From Mobula hypostoma (taxonomy: Eukaryota), in NCBI RefSeq assembly GCF_963921235.1, contig NC_086097.1, positions 107,572,001 to 107,636,000 on the forward strand: a stretch of DNA of 64,000 nt, in the 5' to 3' direction. The translations under genes and the position numbers were made by a program. This document shows, in pieces, positions 1 to 9,616 of this stretch. The notes beneath the pieces are model-generated. The model was not told where the DNA came from. It worked only from the letters and a program-made list of their open reading frames with translations, and made no database searches. Each line of letters opens with the position of its first letter. Positions within the stretch are counted from its first letter, which is position 1.

Positions 1-166
1 CTTTATTGCACTGCAACTCATCCCAATGGCTACAAATTTGCCCCATCACCTGCCTGTCTTTCCTGACATCTTTACTGCTCACTATCTTAGATTTATTTCT
101 GTTTTCCCCTTCCTCCACTCTATCATTCCGGTTCCCATCCCCCTGCCAAATTAGTGTAAACCCTCC

Positions 167-1084
167 CTAACAGCTATTAAATTTTCCCGCCAGGATATTG
201 GTCCCCTTCGGGTTCAGGTGTAACCTGTCCTTTTTGAACAGGTCATACTTCCCCCAGAAGAGATCCCAATTATCTAAGAATCTGAAGCCCTGCCCCCTAC
301 ACCAGTCTCTCAGCCATGCATTCATCTGCCTGATCCGACTACTCTTGCCCTCGCTAGCACGTGGCACAGGTAGCAATCCCGAGATTACTACCCTGGAGGT
401 CCTGCTTCTCAGCTTCCTTCCTAACTCCTGGAAATCTCTCTTCAGGACCTCCTCCTTTGTCCTATCTATGTCATTGGTACCAACATGTACCAAGACAACT
501 GGCTGCTCACCGTCCCCCTTTAGAATATTAAGGACCCGATCCGAGACATCCCGTACCCTGGCACCTGGGAGGCAACACACCATGCGGGTATCTCTGTCAG
601 GCTCACAGAATCTCCCATCTGTTCCCTTGACTATGGAATCCCCTACGACTACCGCATTTCTCTTCTCCCTCCTTCTCTCCTGCACAACAGCGCCAGGCTC
701 AGTGCCAGAGACCCGGTCACCGTGGGCGTCCTCTGTCAGGTCATCCCCCTCAACAGCATCCAGAACAAGATATTTGTTGCTGAGGGGGACAGCCACAGGT
801 CTGCTCTCCACTATCCGAGCATTTCCCTTCCCTCTCTTGACAGTGACCCAGTTTTCTGACTCCTGTAGCCTAGGGATGACTATCTCCCTGTAGCTCCTGT
901 CTATCACCTCTTCACTTTCCCTGATAAGCAGTAGGTCATCAAGCTGCAGTTCCAGATCCCTAACACGGTCTCTGAGGAGCTGCATCTCGGTGCACCTGGC
1001 GCAGATGTGGCCATCAGGGAGGCTGGAGGTCTCCCAGGATTCCCACATCTGACACCCTGAACAAAGCACTAACCCTGCAGGCAT
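167..1084 (-). CDS. CR1 LINE ORF1p (Cys-rich/leucine-zipper N-terminus plus SGNH/GDSL esterase-like domain)
   Basis: 305-aa ORF with CxxC...CxxC (CSGC, CARC) and a heptad-Leu stretch (LRDRVRDLELQLDDL). SGNH blocks are VVVGDSIV, PGARV, HVGTND and DRLHLN. The last few codons may be frameshifted. Confidence 0.88.
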   Translation of the reverse strand: MPAGLVLCSGCQMWESWETSSLPDGHICARCTEMQLLRDRVRDLELQLDDLLLIRESEEVIDRSYREIVIPRLQESENWVTVKRGKGNARIVESRPVAVPLSNKYLVLDAVEGDDLTEDAHGDRVSGTEPGAVVQERRREKRNAVVVGDSIVKGTDGRFCEPDRDTRMVCCLPGARVRDVSDRVLNILKGDGEQPVVLVHVGTNDIDRTKEEVLKRDFQELGRKLRSRTSRVVISGLLPVPRASEGKSSRIRQMNAWLRDWCRGQGFRFLDNWDLFWGKYDLFKKDRLHLNPKGTNILAGKFNSC

Positions 1085-1363
1085 TCTACCTAATTCTACA
1101 GGAATGAAACAGGAAAAATAAGTCTACTCACCCACCTACCTCACCAAACGGACGAACTTTTAAAATCGTTAGCTTGTACTGTTAGCTGTGAGAGCCCTGC
1201 TGTTCCTGTCTGTCCGGGCCGATTCGCGAAAGGGGTGGGGGGGAGAAAAAAAGAGTTGATGCCACGCTGTCGCCTGTTCCTGTTTACCGCCGAAGCCCGT
1301 TGAAGCCAAAGCCCTACGCTCTGCTACCGCTCACTCCGCTGCCCGCTGTATAGGGTGGTCTCC

Positions 1364-1397
1364 TTTTTAAACTCTCCATGCGGTCCTGTTGACGTCA
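1364..1397 (-). promoter_or_regulatory. Candidate internal promoter motifs in the CR1 5'UTR (perfect CRE palindrome and TATA-like element)
   Basis: TGACGTCA at 1390-1397, followed on the minus strand by TTTAAAAA at 1371-1364, in a CpG-rich leader. This is a motif match only. Confidence 0.35.
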
Positions 1398-1497
1398 TGC
1401 GCCTGCACAGTCTCGCCCTTCTTGCACTGGAAGAAGTTTTGAAAAAAACTGCCTTCCTTCAGAATTCAGCTCCCACGACGCTCTGTAGTCCCGATCC

Positions 1498-3472
1498 AAA
1501 AGCAAAGGAGAGGGCATATAAGGAAGCAGAAATTAGTGGGAAGACAGAGGATTGGGAAGTTTTTAAAAGCTTACAAAAGGAAACTAAGAAGGTCATTAAC
1601 AGGGAAAAGATTAACTATGAAAGGAAGCTAGCAAATAATATCAAAGAGGATATTAAAAGCTTTTTCAAGTATATAAAGGGTAAAAGACAGGTGAGAGTAG
1701 ATATAGGACCAATAGATAATTATGCTGGAGAAGTTGTAATAGGAGATAAGGAGATGGCGGAGGAACTGAATGAGTATTTTTCATCAGTCTTCACTGAGGA
1801 AGACATCGGCAGTATACCGGACACTCAATGGTGGCAGGGAAGAGAAGTGTGCGCAGTCACAATTACGACATAGAAAGTCTCAGGAAGCTGAATAGTCTAA
1901 AGGTAGATAAATCTCCTGGACCAGATGGAATGCACCCTCGTGTTCTGAAGGAAGTAGCTGTGGAGATTGCAGAGGCATTAGTGATGATCTTTCAAAAGTC
2001 GATAGATTCTGGCATGGTTTCGGAGGACTGGAAGATTGAAAATGTCACTCCGCTATTTAAGAAGGGGGCAAGGAAGCAAAAAGGAAATTATAGACCTGTT
2101 AGCTTGACATCGGTGGTTGGGAAGTTGTTGGAGTTGATTGTCAAGGATGAGGTTACAGAGTACCTGGAGGCATATGACAAGATAGGCAGAACTCAGCATG
2201 GATTCCTTAAAGGAAAATCCTGCCTGACAAACCTATTACAATTTTTTGAGGAAATTACAAGTCGGCTAGACAAGGGAGATGCAGTGGATGTTTTATATTT
2301 GGATTTTCAGAAGGCCTTTGACAAGGTGCCACTCATGAGGCTACGTAACAAGATAAGAGCCCATGGGATTATGGGAAAGTTACATATGTGGATAGAGCAT
2401 TGGCTGATTGGCAGGAAACAGAGAGTGGGAATAAAGGGATCCTATTCTGGTCGGCTGCCGTTTACCAGTGGTGTTCCACAGGGGTCTGTGTTGGGGCCGC
2501 TTCTTTTCAGATTGTACATCAACGATTTGGATTATGGAATAGGTGGCTTTGTGGCTAAGTTTGCTGATGATACGAAGATAGGTGGAGGGGCCGGTAGTGC
2601 TGATGAAATGGAGAGTCTGCAGAGAGACTTGGATAGATTGGAAGAATGGGCAAAGAAGTGGCAAATGAAATACAATGTTGGAAAGTGTATGGTTATGCAC
2701 TTTGGCAGAAGAAATAAACGGGCAGACTATCATTTAGATGGGGAAATAATTCAAAGTTCTGAGATGCAACGGGACTTGGGAGTCCTTGTATAGGATACCC
2801 TTAAGGTTAACCTCCAGGTTCAGTCGGTGGTGAAGAAGGCAAATGCAATGTTGGCACTCATTTCTAGAGGAATAAAGTATAGGAGCAGGGATGTGATGTT
2901 GAGGCTCTATAAGGCACTGGTGAGACCTCACTTGGAGTACTGTGGGCAGTTTTGGTCTCCTTATTTAAGAAAGGATGTGCTGACATTGGAGAGGGTTCAG
3001 AGAAGATTCACTAGAATGATTCCAGGAATGAGAGGGTTAACATATGAAGAACGTTTGTCCGCTCTTGGACTGTATTCCTTGGAGTTTGGAAGAATGAGGG
3101 GGGACCTCATAGTAACATTTCGAATGTCGAAAGGCATGGACAGAATGGATGTGGTAAAGTTGTTTCCCATGATGTGGGAGTCTAGCACAAGAGGGCATGA
3201 CTTAAAGATTGAAGGGCACCCATTCAGTACAGAAGTGCGAAGAAATTTTTTTAGCCAGAGGGTGGTGAATCTATGGAATTTGTTGCCATGGGCAGCAGTG
3301 GAGGCCAAGTCATTGGGTGTATCTGAGGCAGAGATTGATAGGTATCTGAGTAGCCAGGGCATCAAAGGTTATGGTGAGAAGGCGGGGGAGTGGGACTAAA
3401 TGGGAGAATGGATCAGCTCATGATAAAATGGTGGAGCAGACTCAATGGGCCAAATGGCCTTTGTCTTATGGT
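1498..3472 (+). mobile_element. CR1 LINE 3' half, with disrupted ORF2 reverse transcriptase and 3'UTR/tail
   Basis: Motifs KSPGPDGMHPRVLKE, NYRPVSLTS, QHGF, YLDFQKAFDKV, GVPQGSVLGP, KFADDTK and LVRPHLEYC. Frameshift near 1870 and premature TAG at 2791-2793. Ends in the tail ...GGCCTTTGTCTTATGGT. Confidence 0.95.
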
Positions 3473-4080
3473 TTTAACTGAGGGTGTGATTCTCATGTGG
3501 AACAAGGCCAGAGGTAATACCTTAGGCCAGGTTAGCCCAGTTTCTTACATAAGTTTAGTTGGCTTATTCCTTAAGGTTCCATTTGCTCGTTCCACTATAC
3601 CAGCTGCTCTTGGATGGTGAGCGCAGTGAAGTTGCTGTCTGATTGCCAGTTCTTTTACAGATGTTCTCATTTACTTTGGCTACAAAGTGCGGTCCATTGT
3701 CTGAGCTTATCATTTTCAGGAGTCCATAACGGGGAATCACTTCTCTTAATAATATTTTTACAACAGTATTATCAGTAGTGGGTATAGCCTCTATCTGCTA
3801 AATACATCTACTATTAACAAGCAATATTTACGACAACGTACTCTGGGTAGTTCTATAAAATCAAGTTGCAGACAAGAAAATGGTCCACCAGGCAAGGGGG
3901 TAGTTCCGGAAACACACGGCATTCCCTTTCCAGCATTCATTTTTTTTCCACAAGCTGTGGCTCGCCTTTCAACTGCTTGCTGGAAATCAGGGCACCACCG
4001 CCACCAAGATATTAACCATTCCCTCCTTGCCCAAGTATGTACAATTATTTACATCATCTATCAAGATAGATAAGAACACA
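3473..4080 (-). pseudogene. ERV integrase (degraded)
   Basis: Manual minus-strand translation gives GPFSCLQLDFIELP...LLIVDVFSR, EVIPRYGL..ISSDNGPHFVAKV, HHPRAAGIVERANGTL and WPKVLPLALFHMRITPS (D,D,E core visible), with stops and frameshifts. Confidence 0.9.
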
Positions 4081-4277
4081 AACCTGTCTAGCAGGGGTCA
4101 CCCATAAATTGGTCTGAGGTTCAAGGTGGCAACCCATTTGGGACCATAGCTTGCGCTCTCCTTCAGGGGCGTCCCCCGCAAGTTCCATATTTTCCCCCAT
4201 ATCTGGCATACGCGTCCTTAGGTTTTTGTCTAATAAGGTGTTAGGCTCCTGAGGGGACTAAAAGTGTGGGGTCCAAG

Positions 4278-4944
4278 ACTGCCTGTTTTGCTGCTGCACC
4301 AGCCCAAGTATTACCCTTAAATATCTCATCAGATTCTCCAGTATAGGCTGCACATCTAATAATAGCCAAAACTCGAGGTAGCTGTAGAGCTGTGTGTAAG
4401 TTGTTTACAAAGGTAGCATTACTTATGGTGGGGGGGGCAGAGGAAGTCAGGAAACCCCAGAGTTCTGTAGTCAGGGCATAACGGGAGTCTATGTAGAAGT
4501 CCGCACTTTAATCTGTTTGAGATTTCTTTACCACAGGCTTTTTCATTTTAAAATTCGAAACGTTAATTAAAGAGGATTCCAGCTTAGGCTTGTACTTTTG
4601 GCTCCTCCACTGAAGCCCTCGTTCAGGCCCTTTTTATTTTGTTCCAAATAGTTGTGGACTCCCTCTTCAAAGTCATCTTCATTTATGACTTGGTGTTTTT
4701 TTTAAGGTCTTCTACAAAGAATTGGTTCTGTGGTGGATTCTTCAAAATCAGAACTGAGTACACTGTTAGACTAGTCTGTTTCTAAGGTTCAGGCATGAGT
4801 CAGAGCAAGTAGCTCAGCTTTCTGGGCGGAGACAGCTGCTGCAAAGGAGACTTGCTTAACTACTTCACTGTCGTCGCTTATCACATAGACAGAACATCAT
4901 TTTCCTGTTGGATCCACAAAAGAGCTTCCATCCTCATAAAATGT
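4278..4944 (-). pseudogene. ERV RNase H (degraded, split by a 263-bp insertion)
   Basis: Motifs FYEDGSSFVD, SAQKAELLAL, FYIDSRYA, LPRVLAIIRCAAY and GNTWAGAAAKQA occur in canonical order. Confidence 0.88.
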
Positions 4945-5195
4945 TGCCTCGGGTTTGAGGGGGTATTGCGGAAGGGGTGGGAGAGTCTATCCTTGTTTCA
5001 TGGTGGGGGAGGGGTGCAGTTGCTGTGACCGACTTCATGGCCTGAAATTGCCCAGAGATGGAGTACAACGTCTTGGGTTCCGTCAGTATTAAAAGTGTCT
5101 CACCAGATGTCCCATCTTCACCTTTGACTCCTTCCAGTATCGGAGCTGGCCCACGGCCAAGTCCCGCCAGTGTCCCTCGGTGCTGGTTTGTTTCG

Positions 5196-5486
5196 TCAGG
5201 GTGTAGGCAAGGAATCCAGGCTCTTTGGCTTGAATCCAGGGCAAAGCCTATCGGTGATATGGGGAACCATCGGTCCTGTCTGTCGCCAGAGGAAATCTAG
5301 AACTTCAGCCAGTAATACACTGCCCCCTCTTCCTTTAACCTTTCCAATCACCGTGACTGGGAACTTCTGTCCCTCGAGGGGTGCATAATACTGGTTTTCC
5401 TCAGTGAAGCACCCTGTAGGACCATAGCACAGAGTCACATGAGGGTCTGCCTCTGGCAGAGAGGGTTCAAACGAAGTGGAGTCCAA
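5196..5486 (-). pseudogene. 2H-phosphoesterase-like domain within the ERV pro-pol region
   Basis: Open 96-codon stretch with two HxT motifs, PHVTL and PHIT, 60 residues apart. It lies between the protease C-terminus and the RT N-terminus. Confidence 0.7.
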
Positions 5487-5539
5487 ATTAAGTGCCCATC
5501 ACCGGAGGGGGAGGGGTCAGTTTTTCATTAGTCCCAGGG

Positions 5540-5800
5540 TGATACCCTTGTCCGTGCATAGAATCTCGATTTCCGGCGGACAGAACAAGTCTCATTCTGC
5601 TAGATTACACCTCAGACTGGTAGTGACTGTAAATTAAACCTCACACTGGGTCCCCTTGGAATTTCACCTGCAGTGGCTGGGTACGTGAATATGTACGTTC
5701 TGTGCCTTCGAACCCAGTGTGATTGTAGCGTCTGATAGCCGGTATCCCTTTTCCTATACCATCATAAACGGAATTAGAATTGCAGCATCTTGCAATATTA
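5540..5800 (-). pseudogene. ERV protease remnant (C-terminal part only)
   Basis: Contains a flap-like TGFEG and CNLAE*DLFC...I.CTDKG, resembling the NLLGRDLL motif. No D(T/S)G active site is visible. Confidence 0.55.
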
Positions 5801-5896
5801 TATTTGGCTCTTCCTGAGGGGTGGTACTCACGGTAGGAAGCATCCTTCTTCCTGCTGAACATATTCACCTTTAATGTTAGTTCCCTTCGGGGTTGA

Positions 5897-8057
5897 TCAG
5901 GATTTGAAAGCTGGGTCCCAGTCATATGTCAAAGCTCGTCGCATTCGATTTCGGTCATTGTCAGGCCAATCCATATTATTAGTTTTAATCCTGTTGGCTA
6001 ATTTAGTTGGCAAACACTTGAGTAGTAGGGCATTAAACTGGGGGAACAGATTCCCATTATTAAAGGCTTGGTCTCCTGTGAAAGTGCCGTAGCAGGCCAT
6101 AAATCGCTCCCAATAGGCTGGTCCCAATTTCCCAGGCTTAGGTTTGCATTCAAGTACTTTAGGGATATTTACAGGTTGTTGGAGAGCCTTCTCCAAGGCT
6201 TGAATAATCGGGTCTGTCTGTTCATCCTCATTATGGATTCCTGCCGGTAACTCCTGATAAGTTTGGTACCTTAATTCTGCCTTCCATTTCCGCCCCTCAT
6301 CAGATGAGAGAATCATGCAGCAAAGACAAAATAAATCTTGCGGTACTGCGGACATACCAAGCAAACTGTGCTGGTTTTTCTTTTCTTTCGGGAGCCTGAT
6401 TCATGATCGTTAACATCTCTTGAGGCTTCCAGGGTGCATACAAGAGTTACTGAGGGCTGTCCCTCCTCGGCTGCTCATGGACTGGGCAGCATTTGGGTAG
6501 GCAATCTCTGTGGAGCCCTTAACTCTGGGGCTTTATTGGATTCTTCCCTCCCTGTCTCAGAATAATCCCTGGTATTCCCTTTCTGAATCTCAGGGTACAG
6601 GAAGCCTTCCCTTCCCTGCCACTACTGTTTTACCCGAGTGGCCACCGTATCTGAGTACTGGGAGGATTGGGGTTCGGAAGCACTGGGTGCACTCGGCCTC
6701 TGGTAAGGTGGGGGATAAGGTGGGTGCCCAATCCTCATCGCGGTCACTGTCCTTAAACAGGGTCAATAGACAATAGACAATAGGTGCAGGAGTAGGCCAT
6801 TCAGCCCTTCAAGCCAGCACTGCCATTCACTGTGATCATAGCTGATCATCCACAATCAGTATCCAGTTCCTGCCTTATCACCATAACCTTTGATTCCGCT
6901 ATCTTTAAGAGCTCTATCCATCTCTTTTTTGAAAGCATCCAGAGACTTGGCCTCCACAGCCTTCTGGATTCCATATATCCACCACTCTCTGGGTGAAAAA
7001 GTTTTTCCTTAACTCCGTTCTAAATGGCCTACCCCTAATTCTTAAACTGTGGCCTCTGGTTCTGGACTCACCCATCAGCGGGAACATGCTTCCTGCCTCC
7101 AGCGTGTCCAATCCCTTAATAATCTTATATGTTTCAATAAGATCCCCTCTCAGCCTTCTAAATTCCAGAGTATACAAGCCCAGTCACTCCAATCTTTCGA
7201 CATATGACAGTCCCTCCATCCCGGGAATTAAACTTGTGAACCTAAGCTGCACTCCCTCAATAGCAAGAATGTCCTTCCTTAAATTTGGAGACCAAAACTG
7301 CACACAGTACTCCAGGTGTGGTCTCACCAAGGCCCTGTACAGCTGTAGAAGGACCTCTTTGCTCTTATACTCAATTCTCCTTGTTATGAAGGCCAGCATG
7401 CCATTAGCTTTCTTTACTGCCTGCTGTACTTGCATGCTTGCTTTCAGTGACTGATGTACAAGAACACCTAGATCTCGTTGTGCTTCTCCTTTTCCTAACT
7501 TGACTCCATTTAGATAATAATCTGCCTTCCCGTTCTTACCACCAAAGTGGATAACCTCACATTTATCCACATTAAACTGCACCTGCCATGTTGGTATGCC
7601 AGATATGGGTTCGGGATCCCGTATTGGCCCTAGATCTTCGCACGTGGCACTGCCGATTTTAATCCTTCCTGTCTGTCCATATCTGCTTTTGCCTGTTTTC
7701 TTTGTTTCTCTCTTTCTTCTCTCTTCTACCCATTAGCACTCCACTCCGCCTGCAGTGTCTCCCAACTCTTGGGAGTCCCTTCTGCCGTACATACCTCTAT
7801 CCCTTAATCACATGCATTATTCCTCCAGCTGGCCAGTAAGGCACCATTCCATTTAGTGTAGGCTCTACTTTTCCATTCTTTAATCAATAATTTCCACTTT
7901 TTACCGCAATTCTTTTCCCAAATTAAATTTACTGCTTGTCTCCCCTGGTGGCCACACTGTTTCCCTAGTTTCTTTGTTAGCGCTGCACTTAACATCCGGA
8001 GGTCCTTTTCTTATCCGGTATTCGTTCACACATAGCTGTATCAAGAGCCTGTCCCAT
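5897..8057 (-). pseudogene. ERV gag (MA-CA), interrupted by a CR1 insertion at 6764-7589
   Basis: ATG at 8057 reads MGQALDT (myristoylation-type start). Also present are an MA-like VWPPG, a Pro-rich linker and YAPWKPQEM. The capsid/MHR-like ORF at 5897-6364 reads VNIPKVLECKPKPG...YWERFMACYGTFTG. Confidence 0.8.
6764..7589 (-). mobile_element. 5'-truncated CR1 LINE inserted in ERV gag
   Basis: ORF2 C-terminus reads QFNVDKC, LVRPHLEYCVQFWSP, RRLRGDLIE and FFTQRVV. The 3' tail is (CTATTGT)n, seen as CAATAGA repeats at 6764-6783. This tail differs from the other CR1 copies. Confidence 0.93.
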
Positions 8058-8085
8058 TATTGCCTTTATCAGTTGTTCTTAATTA

Positions 8086-8146
8086 TCAAGTCAAGTCAAG
8101 TATGTAGCACATTTAAAAACAACCACGTTGACCAGGGTGCTGTACA
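8086..8146 (-). mobile_element. Possible short L2-type LINE/SINE 3' tail in the ERV leader
   Basis: (TCAAG)3 microsatellite followed by GCACATTTAAAAACAACC..GTTGACC..GTGCTGTAC, resembling fish L2 3' ends from memory. Confidence 0.4.
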
Positions 8147-8914
8147 AAGTAAAGCAAGTAGCCAAAATCACAAATACACAAAACACAGACAAACCAATGA
8201 GACAAACAGCTTATAGACACAAAATACACAACACAAGGGTTTAGGCACAAGCCACTGGGTGAGAAATTCAGCCAGCCTGCCTCCCCCTTAATCACTTTCA
8301 ACCAGCCATATTATCAGGAAGCAGCTGATATGGTCAAATCCGTCAGGTAGTGGTGGCCACCTCTCCTGACTGGGGTCCCCAGTCCCGACTCTTTCCTTAG
8401 GAACAATACAGAATACCCAATGTCTCCTGCAGCCTTTAATTCTCACAAAAACTGCTAGCCTATTTTCTGTTAATACTCGCAAAAAAAAACAACTCTCACG
8501 TACTCTGGAGGCCTTTCTTCCTTTATCCTGAACTTGTCTCATTAAATTTCAACTGGCCATATTTCTGCTGCCAAGTTGAGAATTTAACCGGGCTGCCAGT
8601 CTTGTATTAATTACAAATTTCAACCAGCCATATTGTGAGACATGCGCAACCCCTTTTCCGAATCATCAAATTTCAACCGGCCATACCGTCACCCGCAGCA
8701 ATGTAAAAGAGACAACTGCTTACCTTAAATTCTGTATCCAAATGGGTCGTCCGATCCCGTCAAGGTACCAGTCCCAATGGGCGAGGGGCAAAAATGCTCA
8801 ATTGGACACAAGGAGTAGCCAGAGGTAAACTACCTCAGGGCACCTGCTACTCATTGTGTTTGATTCAAGCCCCCTGTCACTTACTCAGCCCAGAGAGACG
8901 TCCCCTATGTTGGG

Positions 8915-8932
8915 ATCTGAGTCACGGCACCA
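8915..8932 (-). promoter_or_regulatory. Primer binding site, tRNA-His
   Basis: Minus strand reads TGGTGCCGTGACTCAGAT, a 17/18 match to the complement of the tRNA-His 3' end (TGGTGCCGTGACTCGGAT), 2 nt after the LTR-terminal CA. Confidence 0.9.
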
Positions 8933-8934
8933 AA

Positions 8935-9504
8935 TGTACACGTAACTTTGCTAGATCAATTAACGACAGCACAAAAAGATCGTTACTTATCTTTCCACCC
9001 ATTTATTTCTTCAAGCTCAGCCGGCGAGTGAACTTAGACCCGACATCAGGGAGAGACCCTTTCTCATCTCCCCGGCGGTTCTACAAGTTCACTGCCCGAT
9101 GTCAGAATTGTCAGAAGTTATAAAGCCACCGATACAAAAGAACAATCAGTTTGATAACTATTCCGGCCAAGCCAATGGACTATTGATACAAAAGTACAAT
9201 CAATTTGTTAGACACTCCAGCCACCTTAATTAAAGAAAGGAATGTCCTACCTGGTTTGCTGGAGCCACAACTTAATTACAAAGATAAGAACATCCGTCAA
9301 ATTTATGCTTTAAATAAGAAAGGAATGTTCTGTCTAATTTCCATCAGGGACTGCTTTTTGTCAAAATCAAAAGGTGTGAAAAGCCCAGAGACATCTGATG
9401 TGGATCTGGGCGAACTTTAATCATCTTGCTCCAAAGAAGGCAGCTGTGAGACATTAGTCAAACACACTGCAGTCACCGACATAGTACTGAATCCATTGTT
9501 TACA
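8935..9504 (-). repeat. ERV 5' LTR (~570 bp)
   Basis: Minus strand runs TGTAAAC...GTGTACA (imperfect terminal inverted repeat). It has a TATA-like TTTATAA near 9118-9124 and AATAAA at 9002-9007, and abuts the PBS. The outer boundary is less certain (alternative TG at 9453). Confidence 0.78.
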
Positions 9505-9616
9505 GGGATCTGAGAATCCCCCATTCCCTTAAACTTTATCAAAAGCTATTGGCTGGAGGGTAAATGGCAGGGGATTCTTCCCTTCAGGAATGAGAGAACA
9601 AATATATGGATCCTAA

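Larger units (their letters stand above)
1..1497 (-). mobile_element. CR1-clade LINE, 5' portion (5'UTR, ORF1 and downstream sequence), runs off the left edge
   Basis: Contains the esterase-type ORF1 at 167-1084, preceded by a CpG-rich leader (~1085-1497). At ~1498 the sequence switches abruptly to plus-strand CR1 ORF2. Confidence 0.88.
3473..9504 (-). mobile_element. Defective class I (gamma/epsilon-like) endogenous retrovirus: 5'LTR-PBS-leader-gag-(pro)-2H-(deleted RT)-RNaseH-IN, cut at its 3' side by the CR1
   Basis: Retroviral motifs are collinear on the minus strand (see sub-features). Integrase follows RNase H, gag starts MGQ, and the PBS matches tRNA-His. Confidence 0.9.

Noticed and set aside
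198..893. 231-aa plus-strand ORF
   Set aside because: It is the antisense shadow of CR1 ORF1, with no recognisable motifs.
167..1084. Host or bacterial GDSL lipase gene acquired horizontally
   Set aside because: The SGNH esterase domain is a known component of CR1/L2 ORF1 proteins, and the context is a LINE.
1355..1873. 172-aa ORF as a novel gene
   Set aside because: It is a chimera reading from antisense CR1 5'UTR across the ~1497 junction into ORF2, and starts at GTG.
8915..8932. tRNA-His gene
   Set aside because: Only the 18 nt matching the tRNA 3' end including CCA are present, next to an LTR, so this is a PBS.
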